From positions 1,903-65,902 of the IMG/VR virus record IMGVR_UViG_3300042755_000021: DNA of 64,000 nucleotides. One strand, 5' to 3'. Positions 27,190 through 36,897 of the stretch are shown piece after piece. The DNA is from a virus (taxonomy: Duplodnaviria; Caudoviricetes). Position numbers and translations under genes: made by a program. Under the pieces are notes generated by a model. That model was given only the letters and a program-made list of their open reading frames with translations. It was not told the origin of the DNA and did not search any database. How positions within the stretch are numbered: position 1 is the stretch's first letter; each line of letters opens with the position of its first letter.

Positions 27190-29472
27190 ATGACCATTTA
27201 CAAAGCAACACCTAAGGCAATCGTACAAGGAATTCGTGACGTTTCTCGTCGGACGATTCCACGCGAGCCTGAACAACTACCACAGCATTTGCCTTTATTC
27301 TACTTGCTAACAGAACACGGCCCATTAGAGCCACAAGTATGCGTTGGTGAATCTTTCAAACAACTCTACGGTGATCGTACATTAGACTACCGTAGTCCTT
27401 ACCTAACTCACCAAACTGTTTTAATGGATTACGTGAACCAAGCGGGTAACCAGTTCATGGTACAGCGCGTTAAACCAGTTAATGGTAAAACAGCGATGAT
27501 CCGTTTATCGGTGGAATACATTCCATGCGAAGTTCCTATCTACGAACGTAATGTCGCAGACGGTACTATTAAACTGAATGCCAGCGGTGTGCCTATTCAA
27601 GAGATGAACGGTACTAATCCAGTGTTCGCTATTGGTCATCGTTTAGTATGGCGTACGACTACAGCGCCATGGACTGTGCCTGCGGCCACTCTATTTGCAG
27701 CGGGTACTACCTTAAACGACTTCCGTGCCGGTACAGTAACTGCCTCTGGCGAAGCGTTGTCTACCTTAGTGAAAGCTAACGGTGACCGCGTTAGCTCTAT
27801 ACTGATTCCAATCATGGATTTAGAAGTAGCCGATTTTGGTGAACATGGCAACCGTAAAGGTATTCGTTTGTCCGCCCCTAACGCTGATGATTTATCACCC
27901 GGCGATACTAGCGCTATGAACGTATTAGGTAGCTACCTCTATCGCTTAAGCTGCGTAGAGCGCCCTATCAATGATGCCACTGCTAACTTAGTGCGTACTG
28001 TAGCAGGTGAACCTTACCTAGAGTTAGGTTTCAAAAATGCGCTGTACCACCCACAGTCTGGTTTACCGGTATCTGTAAATGAGCGTTTCATTGAAGCCTA
28101 CCAAGCGCTTAACGATCCTACGATCGCTCCGCTCTATGGCCCGTTTGGCCGTTCGTATGTTTACGAGACACAATTAAACGCATTATTGGCTATTATTGCT
28201 AATGGCGGTGTTGTAGTGAACGGAAGCTCGACCACGATTGGTGAAGGTTTTTACGATACGACAGCAGCTACCTATGGCCGTACTGCGGCTACAGCGTTCA
28301 CAGGTCAGGCTGCCAATCGCCATCTGTTGAATTTGTTTACCGGCGTAGATCAAAACGGCGTGCCGTACTGGTCGTTCGATGTACGTAATTCAGTTAAGTT
28401 TGGTGGTGTGGCATTCGGCGACAACAACGTACATTACGCTACTGGCGGTGATGATGGGTTGGTGTTGGATAGTAACCTTAAACCGAATATGTTGGCTAAC
28501 TTGCAATTATTCGATGCTGCGGTAGCTAACCTAGCGGGTAATTTCGGTGACATCGGTTCGCATATGTTAGACGTAGCGAAATATCCGTGCTCCACAATCT
28601 GGGACTCCGGTTTCAGTATGGAAACGAAGAAAAAGTTACTCACACCTATGTCCCGCCGTAAAGATATCTGGGTGTTGTTGTCTACGCAAGCCGTGGCTGA
28701 ATACGATAACCCATTAGTGCCTGTGCTTAATGAGTTTAAATACGCTGATCCAAATACCAGTTCGGAAGAAACTGCATTCGCTACGATTCTCCGTAATGTA
28801 GCGTTAGCTAGCCCAGAATCGTTTATTGATGGTACCCCAGCCTGCCGTGCGTTTATCGTCGGTCGTTGTGGTAAACTCATCAGTAGCGAATACCGCGGCT
28901 ACTTACCATTAACTATCGATATGGCTGCTAAGGTCGCCGCATGGATGGGCGCTGGTAATGGTCGTTGGACATCCGGTCAGTCTATCGACGAGCAACAACG
29001 TAATATCGTAACATTGTTCCGTGACATCAACATCACGTACCAAAACGATACCACGTATAATGCCGAATGGGAAGCAGGCCTGATCTGGGTTCAAAACTAC
29101 GATCGTAGATCACAATTCTACCCAGCGTTCCAATCCGTATACCCTGATGACACCAGCGTGCTGAACTCATTACCTACGGTTGCGGCATGTTGCGAACTAG
29201 AGCGTGTAGCGCAAGCCGTATGGCGTGACTTATCGGGTAACAGCGGTCTAACGAACGCACAGTTTATCCAAGAGTCCAACCGTATGATTGTAGCACGTAC
29301 TGAGGGTCGTTTTGATAACCGCTTCGTTATCCAGCCAGAAACATTCTTCACCGAAGCAGATGCCACCCGTGGTTTCAGCTGGGGTACTAACATCCACATC
29401 TACGCTAACAACATGAAGACAGTTTCTACTGTAACGATTGTTGCCCACCGTTTAGAGGATCTTGCCCAGTAA
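27190..29472 (+). CDS. Tail sheath protein (phiKZ gp29-like)
   Basis: QGIRDVS..PEQLPQHLPLFY; DSGF..TKK; WIQNYDRRS.FYPA-type C-terminus; precedes tube. Confidence 0.9.
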   Translation: MTIYKATPKAIVQGIRDVSRRTIPREPEQLPQHLPLFYLLTEHGPLEPQVCVGESFKQLYGDRTLDYRSPYLTHQTVLMDYVNQAGNQFMVQRVKPVNGKTAMIRLSVEYIPCEVPIYERNVADGTIKLNASGVPIQEMNGTNPVFAIGHRLVWRTTTAPWTVPAATLFAAGTTLNDFRAGTVTASGEALSTLVKANGDRVSSILIPIMDLEVADFGEHGNRKGIRLSAPNADDLSPGDTSAMNVLGSYLYRLSCVERPINDATANLVRTVAGEPYLELGFKNALYHPQSGLPVSVNERFIEAYQALNDPTIAPLYGPFGRSYVYETQLNALLAIIANGGVVVNGSSTTIGEGFYDTTAATYGRTAATAFTGQAANRHLLNLFTGVDQNGVPYWSFDVRNSVKFGGVAFGDNNVHYATGGDDGLVLDSNLKPNMLANLQLFDAAVANLAGNFGDIGSHMLDVAKYPCSTIWDSGFSMETKKKLLTPMSRRKDIWVLLSTQAVAEYDNPLVPVLNEFKYADPNTSSEETAFATILRNVALASPESFIDGTPACRAFIVGRCGKLISSEYRGYLPLTIDMAAKVAAWMGAGNGRWTSGQSIDEQQRNIVTLFRDINITYQNDTTYNAEWEAGLIWVQNYDRRSQFYPAFQSVYPDDTSVLNSLPTVAACCELERVAQAVWRDLSGNSGLTNAQFIQESNRMIVARTEGRFDNRFVIQPETFFTEADATRGFSWGTNIHIYANNMKTVSTVTIVAHRLEDLAQ

Positions 29473-29503
29473 TGGGTAAGTCCTTATAAGGAGTGCACGC
29501 ATA

Positions 29504-30370
29504 ATGGCAAGATTTAGTAATACATTTATTGGTCAACAAGCTTACGGCCAAACGAGCTTGACGCCAATGATCGATGTAACTAACGGCGGTCAGTTTGGGC
29601 TGTTGACGGACTTCCCGCATTATATTTCATCTACTCCGTATGTACGCCGTAATATCGTTTGTCGTGTTATCGACTTGCCACGCGGATTCGATTTCCTCCC
29701 TAACCCGGAGAAATTTCGTGCTGCGGTTAAAGCGATGTTTGAGCTACATCCGAAAGCAATTGACTTAGGTAATACCAAGCTTACTGTTGAGTCGGTTGAT
29801 ACACCAGTAGGTGGTTCTGGTGAGAAACTTGAAACACCTTCTAACGTAACGCGTGGTGTAGTAGAACCTAACTTCACGTTGGTAGAACGCCAAGGTCGTC
29901 CGTTTACGGCTATTTTGGAAACATGGGTAACGTTCTTAATCATGGATCCGATTACTAAGATTCCGCGCTTAGTTACACTGGCTCAAAACAAAGGTAAGAT
30001 CATCGATTTGCTACCGGATTTTATCGGCGCTACGATGTTGTTTTTCGAACCAGATCCAACGTTTACTAAGGTAGAGAAAGCTTGGCTATCTACTAACATG
30101 TATCCGAAAGAAACACCGGACGAAGAAGGTAAATTCGATAAAACTACCGCAGGCGATCTTCTAGAGTTCCAACTCCCAATGACCGCATTAACACAGGTAG
30201 GCTACGGCGTTAAGTTGTTAGCACAGCAGTTGTTAAATGAAATTAATTTAACAGGCGCTAACCCTAATACACGTCCTGCATTTATTGATGCGATCTCGCC
30301 TGATGTATTGGCAGCTAACGGTTTTGCCGAACAGCTCGCTAGTGCAGCTAGCACCGCGATCAAAATCTGA
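29504..30370 (+). CDS. Tail tube protein (phiKZ gp30-like)
   Basis: 288 aa after sheath; PYVRRN, PDPT..VEKAWL.TNMYPK. Confidence 0.88.
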   Translation: MARFSNTFIGQQAYGQTSLTPMIDVTNGGQFGLLTDFPHYISSTPYVRRNIVCRVIDLPRGFDFLPNPEKFRAAVKAMFELHPKAIDLGNTKLTVESVDTPVGGSGEKLETPSNVTRGVVEPNFTLVERQGRPFTAILETWVTFLIMDPITKIPRLVTLAQNKGKIIDLLPDFIGATMLFFEPDPTFTKVEKAWLSTNMYPKETPDEEGKFDKTTAGDLLEFQLPMTALTQVGYGVKLLAQQLLNEINLTGANPNTRPAFIDAISPDVLAANGFAEQLASAASTAIKI

Positions 30371-30377
30371 TCATACG

Positions 30378-30417
30378 CTCCCCTCAGAGCCGTAAGGCTC
30401 TGAGGGGAGATATGCCG
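30378..30417 (+). terminator. Hairpin + TATGCCG after tail tube
   Basis: CTCCCCTCAGAGCC-GTAA-GGCTCTGAGGGGAG then ATATGCCGT. Confidence 0.8.
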
Positions 30418-30858
30418 TTATGCAGGCAGTTTAGGTAAGACCAGTGAATTAGTTGGGAACGCAGATAAAGCTAATACAACCCCTTTGATCTCCTCCATGA
30501 ACAGACCTAGTTTAATCGGGATAGTATACGAATTGACGCCATTAGTAGCAACTACTACTCGTGCGTGCGGTATATCGTAACTTACGAACACCAAGTCAGC
30601 ATCGATACGTGAACCGTATGGACCAGATATCGAAAATAAAATATCAGACTCACCTGCTTCACCGATAGCACCACCGTTATGCATAGCACCGGTTAATTTA
30701 AAGTCAGGATTATCAACACCATCGATGTTAAAAATAATAACCCGGTTAACTAACGGGTCATCTAGATTAGCCTTTAAGACGGCTAGTTTATTATAGATAG
30801 CTTCGAAATGTGGGCGTAAATGTGACATAATAGACTGATTGAGTTTAGACTCTTGCAT
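30418..30858 (-). CDS. Hypothetical protein
   Basis: Convergent to tube gene. Confidence 0.65.
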   Translation of the reverse strand: MQESKLNQSIMSHLRPHFEAIYNKLAVLKANLDDPLVNRVIIFNIDGVDNPDFKLTGAMHNGGAIGEAGESDILFSISGPYGSRIDADLVFVSYDIPHARVVVATNGVNSYTIPIKLGLFMEEIKGVVLALSAFPTNSLVLPKLPA

Positions 30859-30882
30859 GATAGATACCTTAGCGGTTAGTGT

Positions 30883-31119
30883 TTAATAAGACCCATAAAC
30901 TAATGGTTCTGTACGTTTGATATAGGCTACTGCCTTATCGAAATCACGGTGCCAGCGTTTGCTATAAGGGCGTTTTAATATATTCGCCGTAGCCAGACGA
31001 ATACCAGGCTGCCATTTAGTAGGCGTAGGGATGCCGCTAGCTTGAGCTAGTTCTAAGTTAACTAGCTTAACATTAGTGGCTAGTAATGCTTCGTTGTATG
31101 GATTCATAGAGGATACCAA
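30883..31119 (-). CDS. Hypothetical protein
   Basis: Short co-oriented ORF. Confidence 0.5.
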   Translation of the reverse strand: MVSSMNPYNEALLATNVKLVNLELAQASGIPTPTKWQPGIRLATANILKRPYSKRWHRDFDKAVAYIKRTEPLVYGSY

Positions 31120-31170
31120 AAAGAAAGATTAGAGGATACGTTGTAGGGCTCCTAGGAGCCCTACGCTGTA

Positions 31171-32034
31171 TTATGCTTTATATAACGTCCACTTACAGCC
31201 GTAGCTGCTGCAATCGTTAGTGCGGTATGCACCGCGAGTAATACGTATGGCTGTGCGTACGCCTGCCGGCATTGCTACCGGTAATGAGTTGTAGTACTCG
31301 GTCTCGTTACCCGCGTAGCCAGTAGACCATGAACCACTGGTAGGTGCTGGACAATGGCGTTCCACACCCCCATCAAAGAACCATAACAGCCATTCAGTGT
31401 ACTCGTTGACGTGAGCCAACGAACTGTCATAATACTCAGCCGGTGAGTCCATCTCCTTAGGTAGCTTAGCCGCCTTAGACCAGTTCAACGGTAGACCCGT
31501 GAACGGACTTAGGCTGGCCTGACGCACTACACCATCCAGCCAGTTTTCAGCGCCGTTAGATGTCTCTACCTCCACGCTACCTAACCCGATGAACAACGCA
31601 CGGATGTCCTGTTCTTTGCGTAAATCATTAGTGGTGCGTACTCCGTCCCATCCGACGCCAGCAGGTAGATATGATTCACCTGGCTCAGCTGAGGTCAACC
31701 AGTCGTCAGCATCTTTAGGCAATGCCTTCAGTGCCTGAGCATGCTGCGTGAACCCGTTGGCACCTAACGAGATCAGCTCACCATCCGTGAACATGAACAA
31801 CTCCCATTTACTCGGGTACCACCCGTGTTTTAACACTAGGTCACCGTTACGGGCAACCTGTCGCGTACACCGTTTTGAACGTTCGCCACTGCGTTCAGCC
31901 GAGATCACAGCACGTATAACACCCTGCGGTGATAGTACAATTTGTCTAAAGCCGGTATTGGCTTTGGCTTGGCCATTATTGATAACCATAGAATTTCTTA
32001 TTTCAGTTGCAGTGCTCATGATATTTCTCCACAT
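31171..32034 (-). CDS. Hypothetical protein
   Basis: 287 aa; probable start MSTATE; ends at palindrome 31143-31164. Confidence 0.75.
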   Translation of the reverse strand: MWRNIMSTATEIRNSMVINNGQAKANTGFRQIVLSPQGVIRAVISAERSGERSKRCTRQVARNGDLVLKHGWYPSKWELFMFTDGELISLGANGFTQHAQALKALPKDADDWLTSAEPGESYLPAGVGWDGVRTTNDLRKEQDIRALFIGLGSVEVETSNGAENWLDGVVRQASLSPFTGLPLNWSKAAKLPKEMDSPAEYYDSSLAHVNEYTEWLLWFFDGGVERHCPAPTSGSWSTGYAGNETEYYNSLPVAMPAGVRTAIRITRGAYRTNDCSSYGCKWTLYKA

Positions 32035-32092
32035 CCAAGTTTATTAGCAGATAGTAGGGATGGATGTATTCCATACTAACTCAGGAAATTTA

Positions 32093-32239
32093 TTAAGCAG
32101 TAGCAGCGAGATATTCAGCTACTGCGGCATCGGCAGCGTCACGCATGCTATTACCAATACAACCACACCAGCGGCCTACGACCGCCAACCACACACCATC
32201 TTCGAGTTGCGTAAACTCGATCATACCTACGTTTGACAT
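32093..32239 (-). CDS. 48-aa hypothetical protein, HicB-N-like pattern (not in track)
   Basis: MSNVGMIEFTQLEDGVWLAVVGRWCGCIGNSMRDAADAAVAEYLAATA; GAGGGG RBS; AT-rich promoter upstream. Confidence 0.55.
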   Translation of the reverse strand: MSNVGMIEFTQLEDGVWLAVVGRWCGCIGNSMRDAADAAVAEYLAATA

Positions 32240-32289
32240 AGCAATACCCCTCGACTACAGTATATGCTAATTAAATATAAATTAATTAG

Positions 32290-32336
32290 CTAAAAAAATA
32301 AAAGGCAGTGAGTGATAGCCTAGGCTATCACTCACT
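32290..32336 (-). terminator. Rho-independent terminator
   Basis: 30-bp palindrome AGTGAGTGATAGCCTAGGCTATCACTCACT + TTTTATTTTTT. Confidence 0.85.
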
Positions 32337-32341
32337 CGTCA

Positions 32342-32542
32342 TTAGTTACCGTTGCGTGAACCTGCCCACGCACCTGCGGCAAATCCCACCACGATACCCG
32401 CGCATGCACCGGCTGCACCACATTTCCATCCGAAGATCTTCAATTCATCTTTGGTGAAAGATGATTTCTCATCCTTCTTAGAATCATTAGTCTTGGCAGA
32501 TTCGTCTTTAGCATTGGTTGTATCTTCTGGTTTAGTGCTCAT
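32342..32542 (-). CDS. Small early tail-anchored membrane protein
   Basis: Charged N-terminus, C-terminal Gly/Ala-zipper GAAGACAGIVVGFAAGAWAG; own promoter and terminator. Confidence 0.7.
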   Translation of the reverse strand: MSTKPEDTTNAKDESAKTNDSKKDEKSSFTKDELKIFGWKCGAAGACAGIVVGFAAGAWAGSRNGN

Positions 32543-32579
32543 AATCGTATACTCTTAGTTAGCCTGAATAAAAGGGTTG

Positions 32580-32636
32580 TGAAGATAGGCTTAGTTCTCT
32601 TCTCCCTTAAGTAGTATATATCTGAGATTATTTGGG
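32580..32636 (-). promoter_or_regulatory. Early-type promoter + conserved leader
   Basis: TCAGATATATACTACTTAAGGGAGAAG..TAAGCCTA; matches 18.6 kb copy. Confidence 0.7.
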
Positions 32637-32665
32637 ATCTCAGATATACCTAGGCTAACTATTGA

Positions 32666-33286
32666 TTACTTCACCTTCGGCCTAAATGCGTTAGGATACC
32701 CTTGAGGGATACAGGCCTGGGCCTCACGGAGTGTGCGTACAGTAGGGTTTAGACCACCCACTGTATCTGCCAACCCATCGCCCAAACACTCCCCCACTAA
32801 CTTATCTAGCATCGCAGTAACTCGAGCTAATGATAACTCTAGAATCTCACGATCCACGGCTTCATTAACTACACCCCCCTTACCAGCCTCTGGCCTAAAC
32901 AACTTAGCGGCCTGATCGCTGACATCACACAGCGCTGCGAATGACTGAGGTTTTGTGGATATAATGCGTAGCAACGGCTGTGCTTGATCTAGTAACCCTG
33001 ACTTAACCTGCTCGTTAATAGGTTGTGCGCTCGCTAACTGTTTAAATAATATACCCGCTACCGACCGATCGGGCTGTGCAATAGGCTCGATAGTAATTAA
33101 ACCCTCGCCCAGTATTATAGTTGTAACGGCTGGTGGTGTCTGCATACCATATACGGCTGCCTGTAACGCATCTATAGGCGTAATAGCGTAACCCTCCGCC
33201 GTTAACGCATTAACAATATTCGCTGCTAGCTTGGGACCCGCCCAGAACTCTTTTAACGCATTAGCAATAATCTCTACAGGTAACAT
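32666..33286 (-). CDS. Hypothetical protein
   Basis: GGGAG RBS, co-oriented. Confidence 0.7.
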   Translation of the reverse strand: MLPVEIIANALKEFWAGPKLAANIVNALTAEGYAITPIDALQAAVYGMQTPPAVTTIILGEGLITIEPIAQPDRSVAGILFKQLASAQPINEQVKSGLLDQAQPLLRIISTKPQSFAALCDVSDQAAKLFRPEAGKGGVVNEAVDREILELSLARVTAMLDKLVGECLGDGLADTVGGLNPTVRTLREAQACIPQGYPNAFRPKVK

Positions 33287-33316
33287 GTGAAACTCCCGAA
33301 TAATGATAGTATAAAA

Positions 33317-33484
33317 CTAGGGCAATAAACCCAATAGATGTAGAACATGGACTATAGCGTAATAAAACGCTACAGGTGGAATCCAGCAGATATCTCTAGG
33401 GGCTAGATATGTACCACCAGCCCATAACGCTAGGAATAATAACCCCGCTATTAAATTTAGTAGCTCAGATAAAAACTTTGCCAC
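33317..33484 (-). CDS. 55-aa two-TM protein (GTG start; not in track)
   Basis: MAKFLSELLNLIAGLLFLALWAGGTYLAPRDICWIPPVAFYYAIVHVLHLLGLLP. Confidence 0.45.
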   Translation of the reverse strand: MAKFLSELLNLIAGLLFLALWAGGTYLAPRDICWIPPVAFYYAIVHVLHLLGLLP

Positions 33485-33905
33485 GATAGACCCCTAATAA
33501 CAGTACGCCCTCGAACATAGGTTCCGTGTATACCGACAGGGTATCTAAAACCATCGGCAGACTGCATGTATCAATAACTACACGACATCTACCGCACTGT
33601 CCGTTATTAAAGAGCCCAATAAAACGATCACCGTCTTTTAGTCTATCTAACCTACCGACCCTATACTTATTCATTAAGTCCACGGAATCAGTACTCAATG
33701 AACCATTAATGGTGGCAGTTGTATCTAACGGCGCGAAAGCGGGCTTAAACTCAGGCGGTGTAGTGGAGCGACCACCAACTACAGGTGCCATAAACGGATA
33801 CCGTGGTCGATAGACGTAGATAACAGACTGTATGACAATACCAAATATAACTAGCATTAGAACGCCAGCTACTAACATGTAAAACTCAGTATGTGGCGTG
33901 CACAT
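33465..33905 (-). CDS. Membrane-anchored hypothetical protein
   Basis: N-terminal TM; GGAGG RBS. Confidence 0.65.
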   Translation of the reverse strand: MCTPHTEFYMLVAGVLMLVIFGIVIQSVIYVYRPRYPFMAPVVGGRSTTPPEFKPAFAPLDTTATINGSLSTDSVDLMNKYRVGRLDRLKDGDRFIGLFNNGQCGRCRVVIDTCSLPMVLDTLSVYTEPMFEGVLLLGVYRGKVFI

Positions 33906-33950
33906 AAATCCTCCGTTAGGAGATAGGGTAACCCTATCTCCTAGTATCGT

Positions 33951-34823
33951 TTAAGTAAGATTAATATGCTTATCCACGATGTGATCATCCGCCCATTTAT
34001 TATAGGCTTCAGCAGACACACCAGGGACCGGAGTATGGCTATAGTTAACGCTAGAGTCAGACACCACCACACCGCGTGACTGACCGTAGACCTTAGGACC
34101 TTCATCACGTGGTTCCAGCACTGGTTCGGCATCGCCTTCCCAGTTATTCGTAAAGTCACGCATTGCTGCATCACCTTCTACTTTATCGAGTACTGACTCT
34201 GGTGTTGGTAGTGGTGTTTCAAACCAACCCGGGATAACTATAGACAGTCCGTCCGCTGGCGGATATAGATGGATTTCCGATAGTATTACCTCGCGGTGAT
34301 GTAATGCCGCCGTTAATGATTGTTCGTGGCGCACTTTATCCGCTGGAAAAAACTGCTGAGGCTCCTGTAGTAAATGATTACAGCGAGCCTCCACCCCATA
34401 GGTAGACTGTAGCCATTCGCAGATTTTGTTTAGTAATAGAGTCTTACCCGTATTAGTAGGGCCTGCTACCAATACGTGGAGTTTGTTAGGCTCTTGCAAT
34501 ACCGATAGATTAGTAAACGGCGCTAATCGCGGCATCTGGTTTCTTTTAGCAAGTTGTATCTCAGCGTTCTCACGCGCTAAAGCCTGCTCCGCTATCAACA
34601 AAGCGATTTCACTTTTGCTATACGCACAGCGCTGCGTTAACGACATCATAGCTTCCATGTAGTGATTGGACTTACGTGCCGGTTCCGTAGCCTCAGTCCG
34701 TACAAACTTAGGTCCTTCCTGAGAGTAGGCTAGTTGTTGTACACGAGTAGCTAATTCGCGTAGCGTCTCAGCATTTAAGTGAGCTTCTGGATGGTCGATG
34801 ATATCTTGAATAGACGCGATCAT
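33951..34823 (-). CDS. Hypothetical protein with P-loop and shared N-terminal module
   Basis: LVAGPTNTGKT; N-terminus IIDHPEAHLNAETLRELA. Confidence 0.7.
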   Translation of the reverse strand: MIASIQDIIDHPEAHLNAETLRELATRVQQLAYSQEGPKFVRTEATEPARKSNHYMEAMMSLTQRCAYSKSEIALLIAEQALARENAEIQLAKRNQMPRLAPFTNLSVLQEPNKLHVLVAGPTNTGKTLLLNKICEWLQSTYGVEARCNHLLQEPQQFFPADKVRHEQSLTAALHHREVILSEIHLYPPADGLSIVIPGWFETPLPTPESVLDKVEGDAAMRDFTNNWEGDAEPVLEPRDEGPKVYGQSRGVVVSDSSVNYSHTPVPGVSAEAYNKWADDHIVDKHINLT

Positions 34824-34851
34824 GATGAATTCCTACGTTAGTAATAAAGAG

Positions 34852-35133
34852 TTATGACCAGGGCTGCGCGCCAATGGACATTTGTAAATCGGACATCTCA
34901 GCTTCTAGCTGCACTATCTGTTTTTCAGCCTCGCGTAGCTTAACACCTAATATTAGGTTCTCCTGCAACAACGTATCGTATTCTAGTAACTCTACCGGAC
35001 TAATCCGTTTAGCTAATTCTTTCACATCGCCTATAAGCTCAATCGATACGGGATCTTCGGCGCAGGCTTTAATTAACTCACGGATTGACTGAGGAGGCGC
35101 ACCGCGCCGTATCATCACAGTAGTTGAGTTCAT
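34852..35133 (-). CDS. Coiled-coil hypothetical protein
   Basis: Heptad-like C-terminus; ATGA-type overlap. Confidence 0.6.
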   Translation of the reverse strand: MNSTTVMIRRGAPPQSIRELIKACAEDPVSIELIGDVKELAKRISPVELLEYDTLLQENLILGVKLREAEKQIVQLEAEMSDLQMSIGAQPWS

Positions 35134-35900
35134 CCCGCACCTGCCGGTGCAGCTACTGCTGCCTGTAGTGTATCGTTAAGATCATCTAACACCACCTGCG
35201 TACGTTCGATACATTGACGTAGCGTAGAGTTATCATTCATCAGCCCTAATATCTTTTCAGCAGCTTCGTGCTTATCATCAGCCCGCACTACAGCTAACCC
35301 AGATAACACCCCGTTTAACGCTAAAGAAGTCGGGGTAGTACCAGCATTACGTAATACGGCATTGAGCGAGGCTAATTCAGCTTCACTAACATCGAAGTAC
35401 GGTATAGCGAATTGTAACGGCGCTTTAACCGCTGCATTGTACGCACTAAGTTTGGTAATGAGTCGATTATGTTCCTCCAGGGTTAGTGCGTACCACTCGC
35501 GTGTCGTCACCAGTAACCCCGCTGTAACTCCCGTTAATGTAATGCTGGTTAATTTACCAGACCCTAAATCTACAAGTGCTTGATTTAACGAATCAATCGT
35601 TGCGGTATAATTACACCCAGGAGACTCATTAAACTCATACCGCATAACCCGGCCGGTTTCCACTAAATCAGGCGGTACTAGCTTTAGGCCATATACGTCC
35701 TCAGCTACGTCTTTAGAGAACCGGGCATGGCCAGTCCATGGATTATATAGCCATGCTTTATCGGCATGCACCTTACGCCATTCTTGAACCGTGGTAAGGA
35801 TAGTGCCGGACGCGCGTTCGCCGTTATCCGGCCAAAAATACAGACATGGTGATTTGTCATTAGACACTGTAGGTAGTACTGACATGGTAGTAAACTCCAT
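35130..35900 (-). CDS. WLYNPWTG-motif protein
   Basis: AWLYNPWTGHARFSKDVAEDVYGL; paralog of next gene. Confidence 0.7.
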   Translation of the reverse strand: MEFTTMSVLPTVSNDKSPCLYFWPDNGERASGTILTTVQEWRKVHADKAWLYNPWTGHARFSKDVAEDVYGLKLVPPDLVETGRVMRYEFNESPGCNYTATIDSLNQALVDLGSGKLTSITLTGVTAGLLVTTREWYALTLEEHNRLITKLSAYNAAVKAPLQFAIPYFDVSEAELASLNAVLRNAGTTPTSLALNGVLSGLAVVRADDKHEAAEKILGLMNDNSTLRQCIERTQVVLDDLNDTLQAAVAAPAGAG

Positions 35901-35908
35901 AGTTGGGC

Positions 35909-36322
35909 TTAAGTAGTAGCGCGTTTAACCGCAGTTTGTACTAAGTCGCGCTGTTGTTCTCTAGTGGTAACTATTAAGTCTTTAATATCACCGCCTAATT
36001 GGATATACGTTAAGTCGCCGTTAACAACGACCTGTATAGCCTGGTTAATAATAGTAAGCGATAATGAATCACCGGCATCCATACACGTCCATACTGAACG
36101 ATCGGGACTCATAACCCCGATAGGCGGACTAAATACAGATTCTATATTGAGCCCGAACAGGTCATTAGCTACATCACTAGCGCTACGGGCAGCACCCGTC
36201 CATGGGTTGTACAGCCACGCCGAGCTCTTAAATTTATCCCGCCACTCAGCGGCAGTCATATGCCCTGACATGCGTGACCCCGTACCCGGCGAGTAGATAA
36301 TGCTACGATGATGCTGACTCAT
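35909..36322 (-). CDS. WLYNPWTG-motif protein
   Basis: AWLYNPWTGAARSASDVANDLFGL. Confidence 0.7.
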   Translation of the reverse strand: MSQHHRSIIYSPGTGSRMSGHMTAAEWRDKFKSSAWLYNPWTGAARSASDVANDLFGLNIESVFSPPIGVMSPDRSVWTCMDAGDSLSLTIINQAIQVVVNGDLTYIQLGGDIKDLIVTTREQQRDLVQTAVKRATT

Positions 36323-36882
36323 GCTTTATATCTCGGATCGTTATAGGTTTTATGAAACACGTCTATCTGTTTCACGACCGTGGTTAATAGTATCCCGTAG
36401 TTGGCCATGTCACCGGTCACCGGCACACTACACCCTACAGCATTGCCCGCTTCGTGTATTATACGTAACAACTCTGAGTCTGGTTCAGTATCGAACTTGA
36501 ACGTTTGCACGATGCCAGAAAACCCGTAACACCACCAGAGCTTTAGCAGCGTAGACCGTACAAATACCCAGTATTGGTCAGCAGGCATTCGTACCGCTAA
36601 CCCGAAATGCTTACAGATTTCGTGAATAGTATCTTTCACGATAATATCAGCGTAGCGGGATGTGCCGATATTATCGCCAGCAGATAATACTGAGGCTATA
36701 GTTTTAGCCAGTGGTAATAACTCTAACAGTATATCATGCGGCTGCCATACGCGTGAGTCCATACCATCCTGTATCTGGATAGAGTTATCGTCGTTGAAAA
36801 AATAGGCCGCACGGCGACTGGGTTTGTAAACGTCGTGTAACTGAATATAGACGTGTAAAGGCAGTAAGTATGCTTGATCCAT
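36319..36882 (-). CDS. Hypothetical protein
   Basis: GAGG RBS; coupled to next gene. Confidence 0.65.
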   Translation of the reverse strand: MDQAYLLPLHVYIQLHDVYKPSRRAAYFFNDDNSIQIQDGMDSRVWQPHDILLELLPLAKTIASVLSAGDNIGTSRYADIIVKDTIHEICKHFGLAVRMPADQYWVFVRSTLLKLWWCYGFSGIVQTFKFDTEPDSELLRIIHEAGNAVGCSVPVTGDMANYGILLTTVVKQIDVFHKTYNDPRYKA

Positions 36883-36897
36883 AGTAACCTCGATTAG

